Shown here: piece by piece, positions 26,030-38,910 of the stretch
Layout of the letters: every line of letters starts with the position of its first letter
How positions within the stretch are numbered: the first letter of the stretch is position 1
DNA from: Camelus ferus
Taxonomy: Eukaryota
Direction of reading: 5' to 3'
DNA length: 64,000 nt
NCBI RefSeq assembly: GCF_009834535.1
Contig: NC_045698.1
Span: forward strand, 4,156,001-4,220,000
The notes under the pieces: generated by a model
What the model was told of the DNA's origin: nothing
What the model saw: only the letters and a program-made list of their open reading frames with translations
Database searches by the model: none
Translations under genes and position numbers: made by a program

Positions 26030-27317
26030 AAACTTTCATCAGAATTAAAAACTCACGTGCGTCAAAGATCAACACCAAGAAAGTAAAAGGACGATCTAGA
26101 GAATGTGAAAAAATACTTGCAAATTATGGATCTGATGTAGATCCTGTATTCAAAATACAGAGATACTGTGGAGATACTGTGGGCTCAGTTCCCAGCCACC
26201 ACAATTAAGCAAATATCACAATAGAGTGTCACACGAATTTTACAGTTTCCTAATGTACACAAAAGTCATGTTTACACTATACTCCAATCTATCAAGTGTC
26301 CAACAGCATTATGTCTCAAACATTAATGTGCATACTTTAGTTTAAAAATACTTTGTTAAAAAGTGCTAACCATCATCTGACAACATGGTGTTGCCACCAC
26401 CTTCAATTTGTAAAAACCACAATATGTATGAAGCGCAATAAACTGAAAAACAATACAATGAGGTAAGCCTGTACATAAAGGACACTTTGAAACTCCACAT
26501 TAAGGAGACAAGTAGTCCAGTTAAAATATGGGCAAAAGATTTAAATGGATACTTTTCCAAAGGAAATACATAAATGGCCAACAGGTACACAGAAAGACAC
26601 TCAACATCATTAGTAGTTCAGGAACTGCAACTCAAAACCACAAGGAGGTACCACTTCACGCCCACTTAGGATTGCTGTAGTCTGAAAAGGAGGAAATAAC
26701 AGGTGTTGGCAAGGATACAGAGAAATGGGAACCCTCATGACTTCTGCCGAGAGTGTAAAACGGTGCACCCACTATGGAAAGCACTTGGCGGGCTGTGACC
26801 CAGGAATTCCACTCCCGGGTAAATACCTAAGAGATTTGAAAACACATGCTCACACAAAACTCGTATACAGTATTCCTCATAACAAACAAACAGAGGCAAG
26901 CAGTGGAAGCCATCCAAATGTCCGTCAGCTGATTCCATGGACAAATATGGTATATCCGTAAGACAGAATATCATTCTGCCATAAAAAGAAATGAAGGTTT
27001 GAAACTCAAAATCACTATGTTGAACAAAGGATGCCAGACATAAAAGGCATCAACTGCACTTTGGCATCGCACAACTGCAATTTGAGGACGTTCCCAGAAC
27101 AGGTAAATCTATAGAGAGTAGATTAGTGGTTGCCAGGGGCTGGGGAAGGAGGGAATGACCACCAGGGGTCCAGAGTTTCCTTCTGGAGTGGTGAGGATGA
27201 TCTGGAATTAAATAGCAGTTATGATTGTACAACCTAGTGCATATGCTGAAAACCACCAAAATAATGCTCTTAAGTGTTGAATTGTATGATATGGGAATTA
27301 TATGTTAATTTTAAAAA
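26030..27317 (+). mobile_element. Old L1 (L1MB-like) ORF2 end and 3'UTR, interrupted by Tigger1
   Basis: atgggcaaaagatttaaatgga...taccacttcacgcccacttagg...gattagtggttgccagggg...gaattgtatgatatgggaatta. Confidence 0.88.
26158..26471 (-). mobile_element. Internally deleted Tigger1 DNA transposon (MITE-like)
   Basis: Both Tigger1 ends present (cagagatactgtggagatact... and ...aatgaggtaagcctg), flanked by TA at 26156-26157 and 26472-26473. Confidence 0.88.
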
Positions 27318-27371
27318 TTGACCAAAGCATTTTTCCTGAACAAACTGGTAAGCACTCACAACCTCTTTAAG

Positions 27372-29748
27372 TTTTTTAATATACATATTTTTTAACATTT
27401 TTTATTGACTTATAATCATTTTACAATGTTGTGTCAAATTTCAGTGTAGAGCACAATTTTTCAGTTATACATGAACATGTATATAATTCATTGTCACATT
27501 TTTTCCTCCGTGAGCTACCATAAAACCTTGTATATATTTCCCTGTGCTATACAGTATAATCTTGTTTATCTAGTCTACATTTTGAAATCCAAGTCTATCC
27601 CTTCCCACCCCCTGCCCCCTTGGCAACCATAAGTTTGTATTCTATGTCTATGAGTCTGTTTCTGTTTTATATTTATGCTTTGTTTGTTGTTTTTTTTTCA
27701 GATTCCACATATGAGCGATCTCATATGGTATTTTTCTTTCTCTTTCTGGCTTACTTCACTTTGAATAACATTCTCCAGGAGCATCCATGTTGCTGCAAAT
27801 GGCATTATGTTGTCAGTTTTTATGGCTGAGTAGTATTCCATTGTATAAATATACCACCTCTTCTTTATCCAGTCACCTGTTGATGGACATTTAGGCTGTT
27901 TCCATGTCTTGGCTATTGTAAATAGCTCTGCTATGAACATTGGAGTGCAGGTGTCATTTTGAAGTAGGGTTCTTTCTGGATATATGCCTAAGAGCGGTAT
28001 TCCTGGGTCATATGGTAAGTCTATTCCTGGTCTTTTGAGGAATCTCCATACTGTTTTCCACAGAGGCTGCACCAAACTCCATTCCCACTAGCAGCGTAGG
28101 AGGTTTCCCCTTTCTCCACAGCCTCTCCAGCATTTGTCATTTGTGAATTTTTGAATGATGGCCATTCTGACTGGTGTGAGGTGATACCTCATTGTAGTTT
28201 TGATTTGCATTTCTCTGATAATTAGTGACATTGAACATTTTTTCATGTGCCTATTGATCATTTGTAATTCTTCCTTGGTCTTCCGCCCATTTTTGGATTG
28301 GGTTGTTTGTTTGTTTCTTACTAAGTCGTATGAGCTGCTTATATATTCTGGAGATCAAGCCTTTGTCGGTTTCATTTGCAAAAATTTTCTCCCATTCCAT
28401 AGGTTGTCTTTCTGTTTTACTTGTGGTTTCCTTTGCTGTGCAGAAGCTTGTAAGTTTCATTAGGTCCCATTTGTTTATTCTTGCTTTTATTTCTATTGCT
28501 TGGGTAGACTGTTCTAGGAGAACATTTTTGAAATGTATGTCAGATAATGTTTTGCCTATATTTTCTTCAAGGAGGTTTATTGTATCTTGATTATGTTTAA
28601 ATCTTTGATCCACTTTGAGTTTATTTTTGTGTATGGTGTAAGGGAGTGTTCTAGCTTCATTGATTTACATGCTGCTATCCAGCTTTCCCAACACCATTTG
28701 CTGAAGAGACTGTCTTTATTCCATTGTATATTCTTGCCTCCTTTGTCAAAGATTAGTTGACCAAAAGTTTGTGGGTTCACTTCTGGGCTCTCTATTCTGT
28801 TCCGTTGTCCATATGTCTGTTTTTGTACCAATACCATGCTGTCTTGATGACTGCAGCTCTATAGTATTGTCTGAAGTCTGGGAGAGTTACTCCTCCAGCC
28901 TCTTCCTTTCTCTTCAGTAATGCTTTAGCAATTCTAGGTCTTTGATGGTTCCATATAAATTTTATGATGATGTGTTCTAGTTCTGTGAAATATGTCCTGG
29001 GTAATTTGATAGGGATTGCATTAAATCTGTAGATTGCCTTGGGCAGTGTGACCATTTTAACAATATTGATTCTTCCAATCCAAGAGCATGGGATATCTTT
29101 CCAATTTTTAAAGTCTTCTTTAATTTCCTTCATCAATGGTTTATAGTTCTCTGTGTATAAGTTTTTCACCTCCTTGGTTAGATTTATTCCTAGGTGTTTT
29201 ATTACTTTGGGTGCTATTTTAAAGGGGATTGTTTCTTTACTTTCTTTTTCTGTTGATTCATTGTTAGTGTAAAGAAATGCAACTGATTTTTGAACGTTAA
29301 TCTTGTAACCTGCTACCTTGCTGAATTCTTCAATCAGCTCTAGTAGTTTTTGTGTGGACCTTTTAGGGTTTTCTATATATAGTAACATGTCATTAGCATA
29401 TAGTGACACTTTTACCTCTTCTTTTCCAATTTGGGTCCCTTTTATTTCTCTCTCTTGCCTGATTGCTGTGGCTAGGACTTCCAAGACTATGTTAAACAGG
29501 AGTGGTGATAGTGGGCATCCTTGTCTTGTCCCAGATTTTAGTGGGAAGCTTTTGAGTTTTTCACCGTTGAGTACTATGCTGGCTGTAGGTTTGTCATATA
29601 TAGCTTTTATTATGTTGAGATATGTTCCCTCTATACCCACTTTGGTGAGAGTTTTTATCATAAATGGGTGTTGAATTTTATCAAATGCTTTTTCTGCATC
29701 TATTGAGATGATCATGTGGTTTTTGTCCTTTCTCTTGTTGATGTGATG
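27372..29748 (-). mobile_element. Relatively young 5'-truncated L1 (about 2.4 kb)
   Basis: ORF2 RT through C-terminus, 3'UTR and A-rich tail; ACCTCTTTAAG duplicated at 27361-27371 and 29753-29763. Confidence 0.97.
27698..29715 (-). pseudogene. Disrupted L1 ORF2p (reverse transcriptase and C-terminal region)
   Basis: 307-aa ORF with [22 protein letters not shown] (normally YADD) and HLGI motifs; continues through frameshifted ORFs 28577-28837, 28251-28613 and 27698-28075. Confidence 0.95.
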
Positions 29749-32700
29749 TCACACCTCTTTAAGATGCAGAGAGAGAAGTAGAGTCATGATCTTTCTTATC
29801 TCAGCTCTTAGACCAATGCCGAGAAGAGATGTCAGACTGGTTGTAGCATTCCAAGGTCATCTCCCCCCAGATGCCACACCATCTCAGGCCCTGCAACTTC
29901 TCCATGAAAACAAGCAAAATAATCTCAAGCCAAAGAAGCATTTGGCCGGGGAGGACGTCACTTCTGCCATCTAGTTGCGCAAGGCTCGGTAATTAAGTTA
30001 TTGATTGCTCCCATCTTCTCCACTAAGCAAGCATGACAATGCCTGGTAACTGCTGAGAAGATTAATCACTGAGCAGGTCCAGTGACATTAGGGATAAATG
30101 CCTATGAAATCGAAGGAGAGATGAACTCAGATGAACTCAGATGAGGATTAGGCAAGAAAAACAAGCAGTGTCTGCATTTACTCTCTGCCCATCCTCAGCA
30201 AAGATTCAAGAAGTGAAGTTTCATTTTCCATTATATTGCTCCAAGAAATATTAAGACAAGGAAGGTACCATTAGGAAGTGATGGCTGCCAAGATCCTAGG
30301 AGGGATCCTCTGCTAATAACCTCGGAGGAAGAGAATTTGCGGCATTTCATGAACTGAATTTACCCTGTTCTCAAAAGATTGGAGAGAGGTTTTTCCTAAT
30401 GTAATCAGCGGCCACCCTCTCTAAAAGCAGAGAACTCCACACTTGCTACTTCGAAAGAGATTTAGATAATAGGTCTGTGGCCCTATTTTTTTTTTCAGTA
30501 GAATTAAAGTATTTGCTTTGTTTTATTTGGGCTGCTGACACGATTACAGGATTACTTGGAAGTGTGTGGCTGGAGAGTCTGGATGATAGAAATGGGGAGG
30601 GTGAATTGAACCAGCCCTTGTCCTGGAAGTGGGGCAGGAAGAGGGTGGAAACACAGGGAAAATCTCAGGGTCGCTGGTGGGTTTCATCTGGAATGGGAGG
30701 CAGGGAGGTCTGGGCCGGGAGTCTCCCCCATTCAGCTGTGTCAGCCATCCCTGAGGCCTGGCACGCTGAAAACAGTGCACCCCTCTACCTCCGGGGGACG
30801 CCCTGCCTTCCCGCCCTGCACAACCAGCTTCCCTAGCGAGCTGTCACGGAGGGCGACTCCCGCCCTTACTGGCGTGCACGCTAAGATCTCCCACACACTC
30901 ATTTGTCTCCAGGCCGCACGCTTTTATCGCTGGGTATTCATCACCCGGCCGCACAGAGCTGTCCCTGCCTCCACACCCCACACCGCACGCCATCCCTCCT
31001 GCTTCCCTTTTGTTCCAGCCTCGCTGGAAAGAGGGGACAGCTGGTCACCCTCCCCAGTATAACAGCCCCTTTTATTCTTGAAAATGGTTATTACATCACT
31101 TGACTAAATCATCCTGTTCCGTCTTTCCCTCAGATTCACAGTTTTTCAAGCCCTAAAGCATAGTCACTGCTCTCTGCAGGACCCCCTCCCTGAATTGCCC
31201 CGTGCACTCAATCTGTGGGCTCTCCGGTGGGACGCCTCCATTTATTGGCCTCTCATTACGGGAATGAGTGTAATGATTTTAGCTGAAGCCTCTCTGTCTG
31301 CATTTTCATACCGATTTGTCACTAATTCCCCTTGTCTCTTCCCTGTAAAGGGGCTACTGCCTCCTTAGCATCCCAGCAGACAGCCCTGCACCGCTAACGA
31401 GCTGGCTCTTCCTGCTAATTAATCCCCACCTGCTCCCTCCCTCCCATCTGACTCTTGGCCCGAGAGAGGCTGGCAGGCTCCCTACAGATGCACAGCAGTT
31501 GTTGCCACACCCGAGGGAGTCAGCCGGCTGCCTCCCCGAGACCCCGAGAGAGAATAGTGAGAGGTGACAGGGGACTCTCACCTTCAAACCTTCCCCCTCA
31601 ATCTCCTAAAACAGAAGGAAAGTGAAATGTCAGCATAACTACCCGTTCCTATTTCAAAAACAGTTTAAAAATAACAATAGATTTACAACAGTGTTATAAG
31701 TGTTGGGAAAGGGGTCTGACTTCTCTGGATATTATCGAGAGGTTGCCCTCTACTCTCAAATCCCCTTCCCCCAGCCAGACCTTCTGAGACGCCGCCTGTT
31801 TCATTCCACCCGTGATGCCCTGAGGACCACACACCTCTCTCCGACTGTCTGCTCACACCGTTTTCTCTCCCCCTGCACCTTCAGGATGCTTTTCATTTCG
31901 CATTCCTTACACAAACATGCGAGGAGCCTCTCTGTACTCAGTCTATTCTGACAGCCTGCCTGGCAGACCAGTGCTTTCCCCAGGGATGCACTGTTCTATT
32001 TCAGGCTGAGTGACTTTTCCTGAAGTTTATCTAAATCTATCCAATGACAGAAAGTGGGTAACAATAGGTACCCCACACTCTTCAGCCTTCAGAAACACTT
32101 CCCATCTTTTCTTTGTTTTCTTAATTCCCCAGAAGAGCTGCAACTTGGTGAATTCTGTTGGCATCTATTTTCCCAAAGACTTGAGTATCGCAAGTCATTG
32201 CTTCATGACGTTTTCTGATCGGGGGTTTCCTACGCATTCAGACCCAGTCACCAGGATTATACATTCATCGTTCCCAAGCACACAGCCAGGTGGAAAGTTA
32301 AGCACCTGAGGGGGTGCTTAATTTGGGTTGATTTTTGTGCATCCTTTTGCCTTACCAAAACCAAAGGCATTGACTGGCAATGAACCGGCCAGGGGTGAGT
32401 TGCTTTCTTTGGGCTAAAGGCTAAAAGAGTGTAACTGACCCAACAAGAGATGGTCCTGGATGGCCTGCACTCCAGTCAATTAGCTGGCATTCAGCCTTGC
32501 TTTGTCTCAGATGCTGGAAAACGCATTATAATTAGATTTTCCCACCCTTGCAGCAAAACAAAGGTCAGTTGTCTCTCGTGCCCAGTTGTGGCTGCGCCAC
32601 CCTGATTGCAGGTTTAATCCATATGCTGAGAAGTTATATGGGGATCAAGCGTGCACTGGCAATGGAGAATGACTCCAGATTGTTCTCAATGGTAGGATTT

Positions 32701-35242
32701 CACCTGAAAATAAGTGCTGATTTACATGAATTTACATCTAAAATGCAAATCACAATGTTCCCCGATGAAGAGCAGAAGGAAAGTTGAAGGGAGCTGGCTT
32801 CCTCCTTTATCTCAAAAGCAGAGGTCCCATTGGTCTTTAGAATGGAAAACCCCCAAAGACGTCTCCATCAGCCCCACACACAGATGTAAAACACCCGCCT
32901 GCGTGTCTGCAGGCCCCTTTATGCTCCCCAGCGGCAACTGTGGACCTCGAGTCTCCCATCTGCACTTGATTTACTGGCAGACGCAGTAGCCCCGTCTCCA
33001 CTGCGCGCTAACAACACAGGAGATGGAGGCAGGGCTGGGGGCAGGGAGGGAGGGAGCACTTCTTGTTCAAAGAAAACCATGAGCAGGGGGCAAGCGGTAA
33101 CAGTTGGTCATCTGGTCACTCCTGGGAGAGGCTCAGCCAAGTCAGCTTGGCTGTCTTTAGTTCAGCATTCACATAGCAGCCAGCATAGGAACAGGCCACT
33201 GTGTCTGGAATCAGAATTGGGGTTAAAGGCAAGCGGTGGGTGTGTGTGTGAGCACGAGCGTGCGCTGCACTCGAGCACGTGAGTGCTAGTGTGTGAGTAC
33301 GCGTGAATGTGAGTGTGCACGTGTGTGCGTGTGCACAAGCCCTTGTGGTCAAAGGTTTCTGGACATGAAGTGACACGCTGAACTTTGCGTCAAGTGAAAA
33401 GTTATAAAAATCTAGGTATTAATTTGTTTTGATTAAAGAAGATAGTCCCTGTACACGAACGTGTAACAGGCTATGTTTAGTACCTCCTGCCCCGGGGCCA
33501 ATCCTCCTCCCCTTCCAGGCGCGGACACAGGATCACCAGAGGATTCAGCAGAGCCCTGCTGGGCAACACAGGAAGCAGGACGTAAGTGTGCTCCAAGCCC
33601 TCTGTTATCCCAGTAGGCCCCGAGAGCGAAGGGAGGCGCCTTATTAATTAGCACCATTCCTTCTTCAAGATGGATTTAATATTGAGACTGAAAGTCAGTA
33701 CCTGACCTTGAAAGAGTGTGTGTGGGATTGTTCTTCGGGGCTGAAGAGCTACAGACAGACAGCGTGAAGACACAGCTCACACTGATGGTCCTGGTGAATT
33801 CGCAGGAGCACCAGTGCCATGTGAGGGAGGGGACCTGCCACCCCTGCTCTGCAGACACAAGGAGGGAGAGCAGCAGCGTCCCTCTGGTAGGCTCTGGTCC
33901 CAGGAAAGGGCATGGTCCTGTGGACCCCCCAGGAGCTGTGGGGACAGACTGTCTCTCTCAAGTTGTCCCCTCTCTGGAATGTCTACCCAGGGGTCTCCAG
34001 AGCTGCGACACCAAGAGTTCTTCCTGCTTCACCCAAATTTCAGACACAGCTGCCCTGTGCGAGGACAAGGAATCAGGTGTCTGGAACACATGTGCGCAGA
34101 AGAGGGGCAGGATGGCCTGCCGCAGAAGTTAGTTTATTGGGAGTTTTAGCATTTCCACAGTTTTCTGGCTGGAGCTTCTGTTATCAGAAAGTAAACTTAC
34201 AGCTTAGAAATTATCTTCGTCCCATGACTTTAAATAATTGTTAAATGTATCACAGCTTCCTTCCCACAAGTTCTAGGGTGCGAGCTTGGCGGAGTTCACT
34301 CCTGCGTGTCAGCCCCAGCACCTTCAGAAGCCAGTGTGGTGCTTCTCTCTGGCGAGCGAGTGTCGCTACCGTCTGCTCAGCCTGCTGGAGCCCCCAGACC
34401 CTGCCCTGAGCCTGGAGAGACCCCACAGCCAGCCTCGCCCAGCGGGGCGGGGCCCGTGGGCTCTGTGACCACATCGCAGGATAAGGCGTCCTGCTGAGCG
34501 CGCCAGCACTCCTGGGCGAGGCCAGGGAGCCCTGGGGAGGAGGGTCCCTCCAGTCACCCAGGACCACCAAGAAACGTTTACCTGGGGGCAAGAGGCTCGC
34601 TGGCTCGGGAGGGACATTTTGTGGTTATTACTTTGACATGTAGGTCTCGATCTTTCTCTTTAAAATGCATCTTCATCATTTTTGAAATCACCAAATGACT
34701 GTGACTGGATATTCCAAGCAGAATAAGAAAATGAAGAGCTGGCTTTCTTTTTGCCGGCCTGCTCCCTCCTGTCCAGGGGCACCAATGCCGCAGCCTTCTC
34801 ACAAGCAGATGCACCCATGTGGGGAGGGCTGGCTCCCGGCGCCAAAACACGCTCGTCTCGTGCACAGAAGTCCGTGCCTCCTTTTGTTCATGTGTTTTGG
34901 GCATCCCTTTCGGTCACTGGACAGAGAGGGGGGGAAATGTAGATCTAACGGTATCGCTATGGTTTTTAAGATTTCTTCGAGGACTCACGGGCTTAATTTA
35001 CGTAAATTGGATTCTACTGTTCTCACTGAAAGTGCGGTCTTCCTCTTCCCCCTGGCTGCTGCTTTTCCCTTTCTTCCCTCTCTCCCGCTCCGCGGCCTGG
35101 ATGCCCTCTCTGCCCCCCACCTGAGCAACCAGGTTGCAGCGCTGTGCGTTCTGAGTAAGTCACACAAACCCATAGAGAGTTCACATTGCTCGTCCACAGA
35201 AGTGAAAACATACACACTACTTGTTCATAGAAATAAAAACAT

Positions 35243-35780
35243 CCAACCTAAAGGTCCTTCCACAGGTGGCTGGATAAAGAAGTTGTGGCATGTTTCTACA
35301 ATGGGGTGCTACTCAGCCATAAAAAAGAATAAAATAATGCCATTTGTAGCAGCATGGATGCATGGAGATCATCATTCTAAGTGAAGTGAGCCAGAAAGAG
35401 AAAGACATATACCATATGATATCACTTGTATGTGGAATCTTAAAAAAAGACAAGCTTATTTACAAAACAGAAACAGACTCACAGACATAGGAAACAAACT
35501 TACAGTTACCGGGGGAAGCGGGTGGGAAGGGATAAACTGGGAGTTTGAAATTTGCAGGTACTAACTGCTGTATGTAAAATAGTCAGACACGAAGTTTCTA
35601 CTGTACAGCACAGAGAACTGTGTTCCATACGTGGTAGTAACCTATAATGAGAAAGAATGTGAAAACAAATACACGTGTGTGCACGGATGGCTGAACTATT
35701 AGGCTGCACACCAGAAATTGACACAGCATTGTAAACGGACTACACTTCAATTTTTTTAAAAAATTGAAAAAAAAAAAAAA
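35243..35780 (+). mobile_element. 5'-truncated L1 3' end with poly(A)
   Basis: ctggataaagaagttgtgg...gagccagaaagagaaagaca...aacagactcacagacatagg...tacacttcaat then an A-tail. Confidence 0.93.
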
Positions 35781-35839
35781 CCGTACTTGTTTCTCTGCAG
35801 CTCATCTTCCCACCTCCACAGCACATTGCAGAATCTTGC

Positions 35840-36360
35840 CAACCCATCTGACGTAGCTTCTAATGCATTCTTTACAGTAACTGTATGCTAATCCACACAG
35901 TGACTACATCATGAGTTATTCAACCATTCAGCAATTCCCCTCTTAGACGGGCTATCAGTTTTACCAGCTCAAAATAATCTGTTTGTCCATACGTGCCTGC
36001 AAAACTCCTGTGTTCCCATCTGCGAAATGGGCTCCCGCAAGGGGATTCTGGGGACGCCGACTGCCGACTGTAACGGCCTCGCCAAAGGAGGGCGCACGTC
36101 TCGCTCCACCCGCATCACCACCTGTCGCTGTCTCTGTGCCTGCCCTAGCCCAGGGCCCCGGGTTCTGACTCAGTTTTTGCCAGCCAGATGTGTGTAAAGC
36201 GGGAGTTGCTTTTTTAAGTTGATTTGCATTCCCCTGAGGTCGGTGAATTTGATCTTTTCGTATGTTTATGAATCGTTTAGATTTGCTCTCCTCTGGATTT
36301 GTGATTCAGATCCTCACCCGCTTGCCTTTTGAACTGTTTGATTTGGAAAGCTCTTGATGC
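35840..36360 (-). mobile_element. Very old L1 (L1ME-like) fragment
   Basis: ttattcaaccatt...gatttgcattcccctga...cttttcgtatgtttat...ttcagatcctcaccc; further similar pieces near 36590-36730 and 37030-37400. Confidence 0.55.
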
Positions 36361-36429
36361 TTGCGTAACGCAGGGGATGGCGGAGCCCGGGGCTCAGGAG
36401 CCCCGGGCTCAGGAGCCCCGCGGGGGGCG

Positions 36430-36560
36430 TGGGTCTCAGCTCTGCCTCTTTGTGGCTGTGCTGCCTGCTTGTGCCTCAGTGTCCTCACCTTTAGGTTGGG
36501 GATAGAAATTCCACCCCACAGGGACATAAAACATAAGTTAGGGAGATAAAAATGTTTACA
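36430..36560 (+). mobile_element. MIR fragment
   Basis: tgtgcctcagtgtcctcacctttaggttggggata. Confidence 0.6.
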
Positions 36561-38439
36561 ACCCAGGTGTTGGTTAACTCAAACCACCATTTCTATTTAT
36601 TCAGCGTATCAGCTCTCAGATTTACAAACTTTGAAATTTTTTATATTAAAATGTGGATTTGTTTTTAATTTTAAGGCTTCCATTTTTCCTGACTCGGGGA
36701 AGTGTCCATCTCCTTTTGGCCTATGACACACCTGTCCCAGAAGGGTCACAGACTTAAATCCGGAAATGTGGTTTTCTCCTGTTAAGGCCTGAGTCCCCTC
36801 CAGGTTCTGCCTGCTTGGAGCCCCACCTAGAACTGGTTTTCCTGCTTTGTCCAGAGCTGACCACAGTTTCCTGTGGCTGGGCTGGTGGAACCCTGTGCCA
36901 TACCCTCCCAGCCAGGGTCCTGGGGGACGCCCAAGCCCTAAGAGCCCCAGACAACGTCCCATGCAACGAAGTAACTTCCCTCCTGTGATGCTGGCAGGCT
37001 TTCGGGAATACAGGGGACGCACCTGAAGGGAATTTAATTGGTAAGTTTGATTTCTTTAATACTACCAATAGCTTCCTCTTGGTTTAAAGTTTTGCTATGA
37101 AATAAAATAAGTGGTTACTGTTATTTTTTTCAAGCTTTCTTTAAATATATAAAATTGTATTTTTATAGAGCTTTCCAGTTATTGTTGTTAGCTATTCTTT
37201 CTAGTATTGGTGTGAGATAAGCAGGATAAGAGCCCCTGTTTTGCCATAAAATAGGTTATCTAAACACAACCGTCGGCAGTTCACCTTTTGGCAAAGTACT
37301 TTGTTAGACCCTTCCTTGGGCACCTTTCTCACTGACGCTCGAACTTTGATTTATATTGATTTCTGACTAATTATTCTACTGTGTAATTAACTGCGTTGGT
37401 AAGTTAAAGCCATACAGATGAATAGAGTTTCTTTGTATTTCATTGCTGAATCGCTGTTTTCACTGAGATTGCAAATCATTTTGGCAAATATACATTGTCG
37501 TGCTTTTTATTGCTAATGACTCAAGAAATTAATGATTTAATTGATTAACTTTAACTAGTGACAGTAATTGATACTGGCTGCATAGTCTGCAGATGAGTTG
37601 AAAGCATGTTTCCAGCTCATTGGGTTTCACCACATCCTCTTCTGTCCTCAAAGTGGAAAAAAATACCAGTTTCCAAAAACAAAAACCACGAACCTGTCAG
37701 TCTGTCAGGGCTGCAGTCAGTTCTTCTTAGACTGGACGTACATACGTATCTGCAGTCCACCTCTAGTCGGTATTTAATTCCTCATGACTCCAGGAGACAG
37801 AGTGAAGACACTTCATAAAATGGCATTTGCTGTCAAGGCTGGAGCCTGGCCTCACGGCCCTCGAGCGGAGGCTGGGAAAGTGCCTGCCGGCCCGTAGCTG
37901 GAACACAGCCAGCGTTTTGCGCCGTCTTGTCTTGCCGGCTCTCGGCGCTGGTGCCGTTTTGGGCGGTGCTCTCTGGGGCACCACAGACCCCACACGTCTG
38001 CTCTTGGGCCAGCTACATCCCAAACCACTCGGTCCGCCGCGCGAGGCCCTCTGCCACTTTCCCCCCATCCATCTTCCAATTCAGTCTGTCTCACTAGGGC
38101 ATTTGTACCTGGGATTCCAGAACGGCTGGTTAACTAGCCATTCCACCTCCCACCCACCAGGGGCCGAGGCTCAGCTCCGGGGCCATCACTTCACTCTGAG
38201 TCGACCCCTCACCTCTGTCCATGTCTGGTCTCAGTCTGCCTCCCCCAGGCCTTGCTCTCGCTCTTCCACGAGCTCCCCGTCCCCACCTTTTCCAGGGGCA
38301 GGCGATGTGCAAAGCAGCCCCCATGACCCTGGGCCCATCTCAGGAGCTCGCCCTCCTTCAGCGTTTCCTAGGAGATTCCTCCCCCCCCCCCCGGCTTCCA
38401 GGCCCCCCAGCGTGTCCCCGGTGGACAGCATGTTGCTCA

Positions 38440-38856
38440 CGCATGCGCCACAGGATGGGCCGCAGCTAACGTCCCAGAGATCTCACTCCTGCGATGTCAG
38501 AAGCTGGCAGCCCTCCGCAGAGTCTGGCTTTGGGGACTGCTTTCGGCCGAAGACAGCTGCCTCACCCAAGGTCATGGCCCACTCCCAGGGGTGGCCCATG
38601 AATGACGGCTGGTCAGTGAAGCAGTAGCAAGTCTGAGCCCCTCCTCCAAATAGCGGACCACACAAAGGACCTCCTCAGCCCCCAGGATCTGCTGAGGCCT
38701 TTGCTATGAGTGGGTAACAGCTCGGCACCCACTCTGCCCAGTCCTGCGGCTTCCGTCCCCTCAGGCGTGGGGCCCACAAGCACCTCCTAGTTAGCTCCCT
38801 GCACACAGAAGCTCTCCATCTCACAGCCGATTTCTAAGAAACCTGACTCAGGACAC
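38440..38856 (+). mobile_element. LTR16-like ERVL solo LTR
   Basis: gctgcctcacccaaggtca...ctctgcccagtcctgc...ccctgcacacagaagctctccatctcacagcc...aacctgactcaggaca. Confidence 0.7.
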
Positions 38857-38910
38857 AGAACTCCGGGCAGCCCTGGAGGTCAGGGAACATCTCAAGGTCA
38901 ATTCTTCATC

